Origin: Longimicrobiales bacterium
GTDB lineage: Bacteria > Gemmatimonadota > Gemmatimonadetes > Longimicrobiales > Gaopeijiaceae
Reading direction: 5' to 3'
DNA: 64,000 nt
Assembly (NCBI GenBank): GCA_965204735.1
Contig: OZ242008.1
Location: 3,936,001-4,000,000 of the forward strand
Below the pieces are notes generated by a model that was not told the origin of the DNA, did not search any database, and was given only the letters and a program-made list of their open reading frames with translations. Below, one piece after another: positions 27,884-38,129 of this stretch. Within the stretch, counting starts at the first letter, position 1. Each line of letters starts with the position of its first letter. Position numbers and translations under genes: made by a program.

Positions 27884-29008
27884 TCAATCTCTGGTGAAGT
27901 CCGCGTCGGCGTTCAGCGACCGGACGAACTCCGCCAGCAGCGCAGCGGCGGCGAAGAGGTCGGAGAGGGCGACAGTCTCGCTGGGCGAGTGCATGTAGCG
28001 GTTGGGCACCGACACGAGCCCGGTGGGGATGCCGCCCCGGGCCAGGTGGATCGCGTCGGCGTCGGTGGCGGTGCGCAGGGGCGCGGCCTGGATCGTGTAC
28101 GAGATGCCGGCGGCGTCGGCGGCCTCCGTCAGTCGGTCGAAGACGGCCGGGTGCGTGGAGGACCCTCGGGTCAGCACCGGGCCGCCCCCCAGCTCGTGCT
28201 CGCCCACCCGGGCCTTGTCCACGTCGGGAACGTCCGTGGCGTGGGTCACGTCCACCACCAGCGCCACGTCGGGGGCGAGGCCGAAGGCGCTGGCTCGGGC
28301 GCCGCCCCCCGAATAGCCGATCTCCTCCTGCGCCGTTGCCACCGCCACCGCCCCCGCTTCGCAAGGCCGGTCGGCCAAGATGCGCAGGGCTTCCAGCACC
28401 ACGAAGGCCCCGACCCGGTTGTCGATCGCCCGGCTCGCCACCTTGTCCCCCGCCAGCCGGACCATGCCTTGGTCGAGAACCGCGGGGTCGCCCACTCGCA
28501 CGCCCAGCTCGCCGAGTTCCTCCCGGCTGGAGGCGCCCACGTCGATCCACAGCTTCTTCGTCTCCGCGGCCTTCTTGCGGTCCGCCGCCGCCATGAGGTG
28601 GATCGCCTTGCGGCCGATCACCCCGATCACGTCGCCCCGCTGGGCGAGTATCCGCACGCGCTGGCCGACGAGCACCTGGGGATCCCATCCGCCGATCCCG
28701 GCGAAGCGGAGGAGGCCGCACTTCTCCGCGTGGGTGACCTGAAGGCCGATCTCGTCGATGTGACCTGCCATCAGCGCCAGGGGCCGCTTGCCGGCGCCCA
28801 CCGTCGCGCAGCTGTTGCCCACCACGTCGCTGCGGACTTCGGCGAAGGCTGCGGCTTCCTTGCGCCACGCCCGGGCCGGGCGGGACTCGAAGCCCGACGG
28901 GCCGGGGGCGTCCAGCAGCCGCTGGAGGAAGGAGATGTCGCGTTCGGCGTCGGGACTCGCCGAAGTGCGGGCGGCGTCTTCGTCGGCGTCGGAGTGTCGG
29001 GGCGTCAT
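27884..29008 (-). CDS. M42-family metallopeptidase
   Basis: PGPSGFE, GHIDEIG, IGGWD, AIDNR, QEEIG, VDVT, TDAD, RYMHSP. ATGA overlap with fxsA. Confidence 0.93.
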   Translation of the reverse strand: MTPRHSDADEDAARTSASPDAERDISFLQRLLDAPGPSGFESRPARAWRKEAAAFAEVRSDVVGNSCATVGAGKRPLALMAGHIDEIGLQVTHAEKCGLLRFAGIGGWDPQVLVGQRVRILAQRGDVIGVIGRKAIHLMAAADRKKAAETKKLWIDVGASSREELGELGVRVGDPAVLDQGMVRLAGDKVASRAIDNRVGAFVVLEALRILADRPCEAGAVAVATAQEEIGYSGGGARASAFGLAPDVALVVDVTHATDVPDVDKARVGEHELGGGPVLTRGSSTHPAVFDRLTEAADAAGISYTIQAAPLRTATDADAIHLARGGIPTGLVSVPNRYMHSPSETVALSDLFAAAALLAEFVRSLNADADFTRD

Positions 29009-29529
29009 TTGGCTTGCGGAGGATGGGTGCCCAGCTCTTGGCGAGGCCAGTCGTCGGGGGGCTCGTCGCCGGAGGATGCGCCTGCGCGGCTTCCCCCGGC
29101 CCCGCCGAACCCGCCAAACCCGCCGAACCCACCGGCTCCGAAGACGGCGACGCGCAGGTCGCCCTCCTCGATCCGGCGTTCCATCCGTCTCCGGAGGACG
29201 GCCTGCAACGCCCGTCGGGACATGGGCAAGATCAGGCTGAAGCCCAGAACGTCGGTCAGGATCCCCGGGGTCAGCAGCAGGGCGCCGCCCACGAGGATCG
29301 AGAGGCCGTCCAGGAGGGACCGCCCCGGCAACCTGCCCGTGGCCAACTCCTGCTGAACCGCGAGGAACGCTCGCAGGCCCTGCTGGCGAGCCAAGGCGGC
29401 GCCGGCGAACCCGGTCGCGACCACCAGGGCGACGGTGGGCCCAAGGCCGATCCACTGTCCCACCTGCAGGAGGAGGGCCAGTTCCAGCAGAGGCACGGCA
29501 ACGAACAGGAGGATCAGCCGGCTCAGCAA
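29005..29529 (-). CDS. fxsA: FxsA-family membrane protein
   Basis: LFVAVPLLELALLLQVG...ARQQG...GGALLLTPGILTD. Confidence 0.9.
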   Translation of the reverse strand: MLSRLILLFVAVPLLELALLLQVGQWIGLGPTVALVVATGFAGAALARQQGLRAFLAVQQELATGRLPGRSLLDGLSILVGGALLLTPGILTDVLGFSLILPMSRRALQAVLRRRMERRIEEGDLRVAVFGAGGFGGFGGFGGAGGSRAGASSGDEPPDDWPRQELGTHPPQAK

Positions 29530-29671
29530 CGGGGTCGCTCCTTCGGAAGGGGGTCGGTCGCTCGGCGACTCGGCGACGGGGGAGGAAGTAACGTACTATC
29601 TTTCGTGCCCCGCCGGTTGCAGGTTCCATGTCTTCGGCGGCCCCTGCTCCTTTGGCACGGAGTCCCGTCGA

Positions 29672-30880
29672 ATGACGCAGACATACTTCCGCAAGGGCTT
29701 CGGGCTCAAGGCCCAGGTCAGGCCGGCGATCGACGCGGAGTACCAGTCGGCCGTGGTCGAGCGAATCCGCTCGCGAGGGTACGCCGACCGCTTCGGGGAC
29801 GTCGGGGTGCGCCTGGCGAAGGACTTCGGGTTCTGCTACGGGGTGGACCGAGCGGTGGACTACGCCTACGAGACCCGGCACCAATTCCCCGACAAGCGCG
29901 TCTTCCTGGTGGGCGAGATCATCCACAACCCCTACGTGAACCACCGCATGCGGGAGATGGGGATCGAGTTCGTCTACCCGACGGGCGGCGTCTTCGACTT
30001 CAGCGGCATCACGCAGGACGACGTGGTGATCATCCCGGCCTTCGGCGTCACGGTCCAGGACATGAAGACGCTGCGGGCGCTGGGCTGCGTCTTGGTCGAC
30101 ACGACCTGCGGCTCGGTGCTGCTGGTGTGGAAGCGAGTCGCGAGCTACGCGCGGGACGGATTCACGGCCGTGATCCACGGCAAGCACCTTCACGAGGAAT
30201 CCCGGGCCACCGCCAGTCAGGTGGAGCGGCACGAAGGCGGCCGCTACATCGTCGTGCGCGACATGGAGGAGGCGGAGCTGGTCGGCTCCTACATGACCAA
30301 CCGGCCCGACCGCCTGAGCCGGGAAGCGTTCCTGAAGCTCTTTGCGGGCCGGGTCTCGAAGGGCTTCGATCCGGACGCCGACCTGGACAAGGTCGGCGTG
30401 GCCAACCAGACGACGATGCTCGCCACCGAGTCGCTTGCGATCGGGGCTCGTCTCCGGGAGATGATCGCCGAGTCGCTGGGCGAGGACCACGCCGAGGAGC
30501 ACTTCCGGTCGTTCGGCACGATCTGCTCGGCGACGCAGGAGCGACAGGACGCGGTGCTGGAGATGATGCGGACTCCGCCGGACGTGATGATCGTGATCGG
30601 CGGCTACAACTCCTCCAACACCAACCACTTGGCCCACCTCTGCCGCCGATACGCCACCACGTACCACGTCGAGGATGCTGCGTGCATCGACGTCGACGCC
30701 GGAACGATCCGCCACAAGCCCGAGATCAGCGCGGACGCCCCCGAAGCCGTGGAGGTCGAGTGGCTCCCGCCCGCCCCGTTCGAGCTGGGGATCACCGCTG
30801 GCGCATCGACGCCCAACAACAAGATCGGCGAGGCGCTGCTGCGCATTCTGGAGATCCGCGGGATCGAAGTGGAGCTGTAG
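29672..30880 (+). CDS. ispH: 4-hydroxy-3-methylbut-2-enyl diphosphate reductase (long form)
   Basis: FGFCYGVDRA, EIIHNP, PAFG, DTTCG, NQTT, TICSATQERQ, SSNT, ITAGASTP. Confidence 0.95.
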   Translation: MTQTYFRKGFGLKAQVRPAIDAEYQSAVVERIRSRGYADRFGDVGVRLAKDFGFCYGVDRAVDYAYETRHQFPDKRVFLVGEIIHNPYVNHRMREMGIEFVYPTGGVFDFSGITQDDVVIIPAFGVTVQDMKTLRALGCVLVDTTCGSVLLVWKRVASYARDGFTAVIHGKHLHEESRATASQVERHEGGRYIVVRDMEEAELVGSYMTNRPDRLSREAFLKLFAGRVSKGFDPDADLDKVGVANQTTMLATESLAIGARLREMIAESLGEDHAEEHFRSFGTICSATQERQDAVLEMMRTPPDVMIVIGGYNSSNTNHLAHLCRRYATTYHVEDAACIDVDAGTIRHKPEISADAPEAVEVEWLPPAPFELGITAGASTPNNKIGEALLRILEIRGIEVEL

Positions 30881-30901
30881 CTTACAGGGCGGCAAGCGGC
30901 G

Positions 30902-32746
30902 TCACGGACTCTCCGTCCAGTTGTTCAGGGCGTAGACTTGTCCGTTTTCGAACGCCGCGACCAACTCGTGGTCGGGCCACCGCGACTCGACGAGCGCGCC
31001 CATCGGCGCCGGGGGTGCGTCTTCTTTACACTTGATTCGTGGCATGTCGCCGTAAGTGGACGCGAACACGAACAGGTCGTTCGTGCCCGTCTGCTCCTTG
31101 GCCGACACCCGGTGAACAGACCAGTCGATCTCCGAGTCGGTTGCGATAGAGTACTCGCCTACGCCTCGATCGACCGAAAGGGCCGTCCCAATGTCCAATG
31201 CCACTCGCCTGTCGTTCCAGCAGGACGTGAAGTAGTCGCCCGGCCGCAACCGTTCGACGACCGCCAACGCGGCAACAGGCGGAAATTGGTTGTGCACGCG
31301 GCCGAGGCACCACCAGCTGGCGGGCGTCGAACACCTAACCGACGGACGGTAGTGCGCGATCCTGACCCCTGGCCTGGACGCCCACCAAGACGCGGCGCCG
31401 AGAACGAGCGCCAGCATACCCCACTGCAATACGCGCCGGCTTCGAGCAATCGCAATGCCCGGCCAGCGAGCGCCAGCCCGGACCGCGGCCCTTTCCACGA
31501 CGAGCGAAGCGCCGGTTCCCGCCAGGATCATCAGAACCAGCAGCGCCCACATCATCAGCCGGGAGGTCGGCAAGATCCGCAGCGCCAGCATCAGCAACCC
31601 GGCGGAAAGACCCAGCGCAAGCGGAAGGGTCGCCTTCCGCTTGCAGCTTCGACCAGCCGCAGCAACGCCAACCAGCACCAGCGCCATAAGTGCGCCACGG
31701 AACCACGCGGGAACGCCCATGTGCCAATGATGCCACATCACCTCCGGAAAGATTGCGAACCTCAACAGCTGCATGCGGAACGGTGGATAGTTCTGAAACT
31801 CGTTGAGCACCGTCCACACGTCGCGCATGCCCGTCGACACTTGGTACAGGATTCCGGCGACGACGGCCGCCGCCGCCAGCCCCGCGGCCGTTCTGGCCGC
31901 GAAGGAGCCCAGCCCGTCGCGACCGAAGTGACGCCATCGCGCCAGCGCCATCCAGGTCGCCGTGGTCGCGGCTGGAAACACCATGAGCGGGATGGTGTAC
32001 CCGCCTAGTCCGAGAGCCCCGGCCCAAGCCGCCCACACCCGCTTCCTCCGCGGGTTGTGCACCAACCTCTGCCCGCACAGCAGGGCCGTCGCGAACAGCA
32101 GGAACTGCATCGTGTATCCCCGCGCGGCGGTGGCGTAGGCTGCGAAGTGCGTCGAGACGCTCACCAGCACGGTCGTGAACAAGGCGGCCCCAGGACCGTA
32201 CTCGTCTCGCACGAAGCGCCACAGAATCGGAAGGAGCAGACAGAACGACAGGAACGCCGGCAAACGAAGCACGATCGGATTCAGGCCGCCAAGCTGGTAC
32301 GCAACCCACAACAACAACGTGTGGAGCACATGGTTGTTGGGGTCGTCGTATGTGCCCGCCGCGACAGCAAAGGGTTGACCCACGACGTACTCAAGGGTTG
32401 TGGCTTCGTCGACTGCAAGGATCCCGTCCAGTTGAAGCGCTGCCAGAACGATGCCCGTGCCGATTGCCGTCGTCACCAGCAACGCTTCCGCGCGCCCGCC
32501 CGTCGCAAGCGAAGCGGGAAGCGCAGCAGGCGCGTCGGGGCCCGTGATCGCCCGGCAAGCCAGCAACATCGCCGAAAAAGCTGCCGCCGCGACCGCGAGG
32601 TCGCGCCACGAGATCAACTCCCCCAGGAATGTGGGCTCCCACACCCAACCGGCGACGGCCCCGGCAGCTGCCAGGGCGCCCAAGCCCGCCACCGCTGGTG
32701 TGCCCCAGCGCCAGAGCCCACCGGCGCCCAGCAGTGGCCGCGTCAT
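30902..32746 (-). CDS. GT-C (ArnT/PMT-like, GT39/GT83) membrane glycosyltransferase
   Basis: Multi-TM, DEATT acidic loop, YDDPNNHVLHT, LRLPA, ARGY motifs, soluble C-terminal domain. Codon usage visibly less GC3-biased than neighbours. Confidence 0.75.
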   Translation of the reverse strand: MTRPLLGAGGLWRWGTPAVAGLGALAAAGAVAGWVWEPTFLGELISWRDLAVAAAAFSAMLLACRAITGPDAPAALPASLATGGRAEALLVTTAIGTGIVLAALQLDGILAVDEATTLEYVVGQPFAVAAGTYDDPNNHVLHTLLLWVAYQLGGLNPIVLRLPAFLSFCLLLPILWRFVRDEYGPGAALFTTVLVSVSTHFAAYATAARGYTMQFLLFATALLCGQRLVHNPRRKRVWAAWAGALGLGGYTIPLMVFPAATTATWMALARWRHFGRDGLGSFAARTAAGLAAAAVVAGILYQVSTGMRDVWTVLNEFQNYPPFRMQLLRFAIFPEVMWHHWHMGVPAWFRGALMALVLVGVAAAGRSCKRKATLPLALGLSAGLLMLALRILPTSRLMMWALLVLMILAGTGASLVVERAAVRAGARWPGIAIARSRRVLQWGMLALVLGAASWWASRPGVRIAHYRPSVRCSTPASWWCLGRVHNQFPPVAALAVVERLRPGDYFTSCWNDRRVALDIGTALSVDRGVGEYSIATDSEIDWSVHRVSAKEQTGTNDLFVFASTYGDMPRIKCKEDAPPAPMGALVESRWPDHELVAAFENGQVYALNNWTESP

Positions 32747-32802
32747 GCGCGTCGGGCCGTAACTACGGCGCCAGACATGCCCCGCGTTGCTGAGCTCGAC
32801 AA

Positions 32803-34245
32803 TCAGACATGCAGCGCCCTTCCGAGGGCCGCCAGGGCGCCCTCCGCAACAGCTTCGGAAAGGGTGGGGTGCGGGTGCATCGCCCGGTCGATTTCCTCTA
32901 CGGTGGACTCCAGGTGGCGCGCGACCACGAACTCGCCGATCAGCTCGGTGGCGTGGGGGCCTACCACGTGGGCGCCCAACACCTCCGAGTAGCGCACGTC
33001 GCGGATCACCTTGACGAAGCCCTCGGGGGTTCCGCCGGCAGCCAGGGCCCGGCCGTTTCCCACCCACGGGAACTTGCCGACCTCGATCTCCCTTCCCGCG
33101 TCGCGCGCCTGCTCTTCGGTCAACCCCACGGAAGCCACTTCTGGGTGGCAGTAAGTGCAGTTCGGGATGTTGCCGTAGTCGACTTGGTGATCTCCCGTTC
33201 CGGCAATGTGTTCGGCGGCCACGACGCCTTCGTGCATTCCCTTGTGGGCCAGCAGGGGCGGTCCCGCGCAGTCGCCCACCGCCCAGACGCCAGGCGCGCT
33301 GGTTCGCATCGCACCGTCCACCGCGACGAAGCCGCCCGACTCGGTCAGGGGGACGCCGGCAACGTCGAGTCCCACGTCTTCAGTGTTCGGAGCCCGCCCA
33401 ACAGCGGAAAGCACGTACTGCACCTCCAACCGGCGGTCTGCGCCGTCTGCGTCGGTGAAGGAGATCGTCGCGCCGTCGTCGCCGACCTCCGTTTCCTCCA
33501 CTCGGGCGCCTGCAAAGACGTCGATTCCCCGCCGCTTGAAGCTCCGTGCCACGGCGTCGGAGGAGTCGGCGTCCTCCACCGGCAGCACCCGGTCCAGCGC
33601 TTCGATTACGGTGACCTTCGTCCCGTACGCGTTGTAGATGTCGGCGAACTCCATGCCGACGGCGCCGGCTCCCACCACTGCCAGCGACTTTGGCGCCTCG
33701 TTCCGGAAGAGCGCGCCTGTCGACGACCACACCCGTTCCTCGTCGATCTTCAGGAACGGTAGGCTGCGGGGGCGGGAACCCGTGGCCAGGATCACGTCCT
33801 TCCCCTGGACCACCTGCTTGCGGCCGTCCTTCTCGACCTCCACGGCCCCGTCTCCCAGCAAGCGCCCCCAACCGTCCACATGGGTCACGCCGTTCTTCTT
33901 GAAGAGGAAGGAGACGCCCTTGGAGAGACGCGCGGCCACCGTCCGGCTCCGCTTCTGGGCGGGCCCCAGGTCGACGGAGAGGCCGTCGAAGGCGATGCCG
34001 TGGCCCTTGGCGTGAGCCAGCTCGTTGACCAGGAGGGCGCTGCTGAGCAGAGCCTTGGTGGGGATGCAGCCCACGTTCAGGCACACGCCGCCCAGCTTGT
34101 CGGCTTCCACGCACGCGGTGCGCAACCCCAGCTGGGCAGCCCGGATCGCGGCGACGTAGCCGCCTGGACCGCCGCCGACGACCACGACGTCGAAGTCTTG
34201 CTTGTTGTCGGAGCTGGGGATCGGGGGCTTGGAGTCGAGGGTCAC
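32803..34245 (-). CDS. lpdA: Dihydrolipoyl dehydrogenase (E3)
   Basis: GGGPGGYVAAIRAAQLG, GGVCLNVGCIPTK, GAGAVG, HPHPTLSE. Confidence 0.97.
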   Translation of the reverse strand: MTLDSKPPIPSSDNKQDFDVVVVGGGPGGYVAAIRAAQLGLRTACVEADKLGGVCLNVGCIPTKALLSSALLVNELAHAKGHGIAFDGLSVDLGPAQKRSRTVAARLSKGVSFLFKKNGVTHVDGWGRLLGDGAVEVEKDGRKQVVQGKDVILATGSRPRSLPFLKIDEERVWSSTGALFRNEAPKSLAVVGAGAVGMEFADIYNAYGTKVTVIEALDRVLPVEDADSSDAVARSFKRRGIDVFAGARVEETEVGDDGATISFTDADGADRRLEVQYVLSAVGRAPNTEDVGLDVAGVPLTESGGFVAVDGAMRTSAPGVWAVGDCAGPPLLAHKGMHEGVVAAEHIAGTGDHQVDYGNIPNCTYCHPEVASVGLTEEQARDAGREIEVGKFPWVGNGRALAAGGTPEGFVKVIRDVRYSEVLGAHVVGPHATELIGEFVVARHLESTVEEIDRAMHPHPTLSEAVAEGALAALGRALHV

Positions 34246-34346
34246 GGGGCGCCTCTTTGGAGTTTGAGCCGCGGTCGGCTCGGGAGGTGCGATCGTCCTG
34301 CAAAGCTAACGTGCACCGGGCTGACGGCACCGGAGCCGACGTCAAG

Positions 34347-35753
34347 TCAAAGGTCGTTCCGGTACACCTTGCCGCCCTTCATGACCCACGCCACGCGCTC
34401 CAGGAGCGTGATGTCGTCCAGTGGGTTGCCGCGAACGGCGATCAGGTCGGCGTACTTGCCCGGCTCGACGGCGCCTACGTCGGCTTCCCAGCCCATGATC
34501 ATGGCGGAGACGCTGGTGGCGGAGGTGATCGCGTCGATCTCGCTCTCGCCGAGTTCCACGCGGATCGCGAACTCGCGGGCGTTGTGCCCGTGCTCGAAGA
34601 CGCCCGCGTCGGTGGCGAAGCCGATCTCCAGCCCGGCTTCCAGCGCCCGTTGGAAGGAAGCGCCGCGGTGGCGCATCATCTCGGTGGAGCGGCGTATCTG
34701 GGCCTCGGGCACTCCCAGAGCGGCGCCGTCGCGGGGGACGATCACGCCCACGTAAAGGGTCGGCACGTAGTAGGTGCCGGTGCTGGCGACGAGCATCTGC
34801 ACGGCTTCCTCGTCGAGCATGGAGCCGTGGTCGATCGTGCGCACCCCCGCCCGGATCGCGGCCTTGATCCCCTCCGTGCCGTGGGCGTGGGCAGCGGCGA
34901 AGCTGCCCCAGCGCCGGGCTTCTTCCACGGCGACCGCCAGCTCGGCGTCCGAGTACTGCTGGGCGCCCGGCGACAGCCCTTGGGAGAGCACCGCGCCGGT
35001 GGCGAGTATCTTCGTGAAGTCGGCGCCGTGCTTGAAGTTGGTGCGCACGGCGGCCCGGACCTGGTCCACGCCGTCGGCCAAGTTCCGCACCGTGGGCACG
35101 TCCACGTAGATCGAGAACTGGCGGGCGTCGCCCGCTCCGCCGGTTGCCGAGACGTAGTTGCCTGCGACCTGCATTCGCGGCCCGGGGAGGACGCCGGCGT
35201 CGATCACGTCCCGCAGGGCCACGTCCACGTAGGGCCAAGTGGGTCCCATGTCGCGAACGGTGGTGAAGCCTGCCCGCAGGGTGGTCAGGGCGTTTGCGGC
35301 GCCGTGGAGGGCGGCGTCGGCGGGGGTGGTCGTGACCAGCACGTCCTCCCAGTGCACGCCCACTTCGTCGGTCAGGTGCGTGTGAAGGTCGATCAAGCCC
35401 GGGAGGAGGGTCGCGCCTTGCAGGTGGACGATCCGGTCGGCGGTCGCCGCTTCCGCGTCGGCGCCGACTGCGACGATGCGGTCGCCCTCCACCAGCACCG
35501 CTCCGGGCTCGCTCACCGCGCCCCTGCCGTCGATGAGGCGGGCGGCGCGGAGGAGGGTCGTCGGGCTGCCTTCCTGGGCCGCGACCGGTGCAGCCCCGGC
35601 GAAGACCCCAGCGGCGAGCAGGCATGACGCGAACCCGGCGGCCGGCCGGCGGGCACGGCCGTGGTTCAGGGACGGCCTTGCCCTGCGGGGATCGTCGGCG
35701 GCGCTGGGCTGGCCGTCGGTGCGGCGCTCGTCGTCCGTTCGGCTGGTCACCAA
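34347..35753 (-). CDS. Exported amidohydrolase (Xaa-Pro dipeptidase-like)
   Basis: PGLIDLHTH, GFTTVRDMG, AHAHG, IDHG, FATDAG, GKYADLIAV. Signal-like segment; start uncertain. Confidence 0.88.
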   Translation of the reverse strand: MVTSRTDDERRTDGQPSAADDPRRARPSLNHGRARRPAAGFASCLLAAGVFAGAAPVAAQEGSPTTLLRAARLIDGRGAVSEPGAVLVEGDRIVAVGADAEAATADRIVHLQGATLLPGLIDLHTHLTDEVGVHWEDVLVTTTPADAALHGAANALTTLRAGFTTVRDMGPTWPYVDVALRDVIDAGVLPGPRMQVAGNYVSATGGAGDARQFSIYVDVPTVRNLADGVDQVRAAVRTNFKHGADFTKILATGAVLSQGLSPGAQQYSDAELAVAVEEARRWGSFAAAHAHGTEGIKAAIRAGVRTIDHGSMLDEEAVQMLVASTGTYYVPTLYVGVIVPRDGAALGVPEAQIRRSTEMMRHRGASFQRALEAGLEIGFATDAGVFEHGHNAREFAIRVELGESEIDAITSATSVSAMIMGWEADVGAVEPGKYADLIAVRGNPLDDITLLERVAWVMKGGKVYRNDL

Positions 35754-35835
35754 AGCTGCTTTCGTCTTCGTGGGGGCTCCCGGACGGCCTCGCGGGGGCG
35801 ACGTCCGCGTGGGGCTTCCATATGTCGTGGGGCTC

Positions 35836-37134
35836 TCAGATCAGGATCGCCGCCGGCTCTTCCAGGAACTCCTTGAGGGTTGCCAGGAAGCGGGCGCCCT
35901 GGGCGCCGTCGATCACCCGGTGGTCGCAGCTCATCGTCAGGCGCATCCCGGGCCGCGGCACGACTTGGCCGTCCACCACCACGGGCCTTTCTTCCACCGC
36001 GCCCACAGCCAGGATGCCGGCTTCCGGCGGGTTGATCACCGCCGTGAACTCTTCGATCCCGAACATCCCCAGGTTGGAGATGGAGAAGGTGGAGCCGGTG
36101 TACTCGCGCGGCTGGAGCTTCTTCTCGCGTGCGCGGGCGGCCAGCTCCCGGACTTCGGCGGCGATCCGCGCCAGCCCCTTGGCCTGGGCGTCCCGGATCA
36201 CAGGCGTGATGAGGCCGTCGGGCACGGCGACCGCGACGCCGACGTGGACTCGGTTGAAGCGGCGGATGCGGTCCTCCTGCCACCAAGCGTTGCACTCGGG
36301 GTGACGAGCGAGGGCGGCCGCCGCGGCCTTGATCACCAGGTCGTTGAGGGACGCCTTCCCGCCATGGGCCTCCAGCATCTCGTTGACCCGGGCCCGCACC
36401 TCCAGCGCGCGCGTCATGTCCACGTCCACTGTCAGGAAGAAGTGGGGGACCGGACCCAGCGACTCGACCAGCCGACGCGCGACCGTCTTCCGCATCTGGG
36501 TGAGGGGAACGTCTTCGAACTCGGGAAGGGAGGCGTCGAGCGCGAACGGAGGGAGGGCGGGGGACTCGACGGCGGCAGCTGTCGCGGCGTCGCCGGCCGC
36601 GGCAGCCGTGGCAGCTGCCTCGACGTCCCGCTTGACGACTCTGCCGCCGGGCCCGGAACCCGCGACGGCGCGCAAGTCCACTTCGAGGTCGTCGGCCAGT
36701 CGCTTGGCCAGGGGAGACGCCTTCACGCGGCCGGAAGAGACTTGCGTGGGCGACGAAGGCCCGGGAGACGCCGGAGCGACCGCAGCCGACTCCACCGCGC
36801 TTGATCCGCTCGCCGTGGTCGCGGGCTCGGCCGGCGGGGCAGCCCCCTTCCCGTCCCCCGACCACGCCCCGGCCGCCAGCGCCGCGATCTCCTCGTCGGC
36901 CTCGGCGATCACGGCGATCACCTCGCCGACCGGTACCACCGCCCCTTCGCCGGCGAAGACGGCGCGAAGCACCCCGTCCCCGCGCGCCACCAGCTCCATC
37001 GTGGCCTTGTCGGTCTCGATCTCGGCGAGCACGTCGCCCTGGGCCACCGGGTCTCCCTCGCCCTTCAGCCACGTCACGACCTGGCCCTCCTCCATCGTCG
37101 GGGAGAGCGCCTCCATGTGCACCTTGGTCGGCAT
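35836..37134 (-). CDS. pdhC: Pyruvate dehydrogenase E2 dihydrolipoamide acetyltransferase
   Basis: ALSPTMEEG, IETDKATME lipoyl site, ASPLAKRLA...GSGPGGRV, DHRVIDGA. Confidence 0.95.
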   Translation of the reverse strand: MPTKVHMEALSPTMEEGQVVTWLKGEGDPVAQGDVLAEIETDKATMELVARGDGVLRAVFAGEGAVVPVGEVIAVIAEADEEIAALAAGAWSGDGKGAAPPAEPATTASGSSAVESAAVAPASPGPSSPTQVSSGRVKASPLAKRLADDLEVDLRAVAGSGPGGRVVKRDVEAAATAAAAGDAATAAAVESPALPPFALDASLPEFEDVPLTQMRKTVARRLVESLGPVPHFFLTVDVDMTRALEVRARVNEMLEAHGGKASLNDLVIKAAAAALARHPECNAWWQEDRIRRFNRVHVGVAVAVPDGLITPVIRDAQAKGLARIAAEVRELAARAREKKLQPREYTGSTFSISNLGMFGIEEFTAVINPPEAGILAVGAVEERPVVVDGQVVPRPGMRLTMSCDHRVIDGAQGARFLATLKEFLEEPAAILI

Positions 37135-37139
37135 CGCGC

Positions 37140-38129
37140 TCAAGCCTCCGCCGTCGCGTACAGCGTCTTCCGACACGCCTCGACCACTTGGGCCGCGCCG
37201 GGCTTGGCCAACTGCTCCAGGTTCTTGGCGTAGGGCATGGGAACGTCGGCTTGGCCGACGCGGACGACCGGCGCGTCGAGCTCGTCGAACGCCTCGTCCT
37301 GAATCAGCGCGGCGATCTGGGCGCCGACGCCGGCGAAGGGCCACCCCTCTTCCAGGTACACCACTCGGTTGGTGCGGGCGACCGTTTCCAGGATCGCGTC
37401 CACGTCCAGGGGCCGGATCGTGCGGAGGTCCAGCACGTCGGCCTCGATCCCCTCTCGGGCCAGCTTCCCCGCCGCCTGCAACGCCACATGGACCATCTTG
37501 CCGTGGGTGACGATGCTCACGTCGCCGCCGGAGCGCTTCAGCTCCGCCACGCCCAGCGGGATCACGTGCTCGCCGTCCGGCACATCGCCCCTTGCGTTGT
37601 AGAGCAGCTCGCCCTCCATGACCGCTACCGGGTCGTCGTCGCGGATGGCGGCGGCCAGGAGTCCCTTGGCGTCGGCGGGAGTGGCGGGGGTCGCCAGCTT
37701 CACTCCGGGAGCGTGGACGTAGTACGTCTCGCAGGCCTGGGAGTGCTGGGCGGAGAGCTGGAGGGCGGCGCCCGTGGGTCCCCGGAAGACCATGGGGACA
37801 TTGATCTGCCCGTTGGTCATGTACAGCATCTTCGCGGCGCTGTTGATCACTTGGTCGAGCGCGAGGATCGAGAAGTTGAAGGTCATGAACTCGCAGATCG
37901 GCCGTAGGCCCGCCATCGCGGCGCCCACGCAAAGGCCCGCAAAGCCCAGCTCGCTGATCGGCGAGTCCACCACGCGTCGGTCGCCGAAGCGGTCCAGCAT
38001 TCCCTTCGAGACCTTGTAGGCCCCGTCGTACTCGGCGACCTCCTCTCCCATGAGGAACACGGTGTCGTCCCGTTCCATTTCCTGGACCATGGCGGCGTTC
38101 AGCGCTTCCCGGTAGGTCATTTCAGCCAT
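37140..38129 (-). CDS. pdhB: Pyruvate dehydrogenase E1 beta subunit
   Basis: YREAL, GEEVAEYDGAYKVS, EFMTFNF, QHSQ, DLRTIRPLD. Confidence 0.96.
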   Translation of the reverse strand: MAEMTYREALNAAMVQEMERDDTVFLMGEEVAEYDGAYKVSKGMLDRFGDRRVVDSPISELGFAGLCVGAAMAGLRPICEFMTFNFSILALDQVINSAAKMLYMTNGQINVPMVFRGPTGAALQLSAQHSQACETYYVHAPGVKLATPATPADAKGLLAAAIRDDDPVAVMEGELLYNARGDVPDGEHVIPLGVAELKRSGGDVSIVTHGKMVHVALQAAGKLAREGIEADVLDLRTIRPLDVDAILETVARTNRVVYLEEGWPFAGVGAQIAALIQDEAFDELDAPVVRVGQADVPMPYAKNLEQLAKPGAAQVVEACRKTLYATAEA

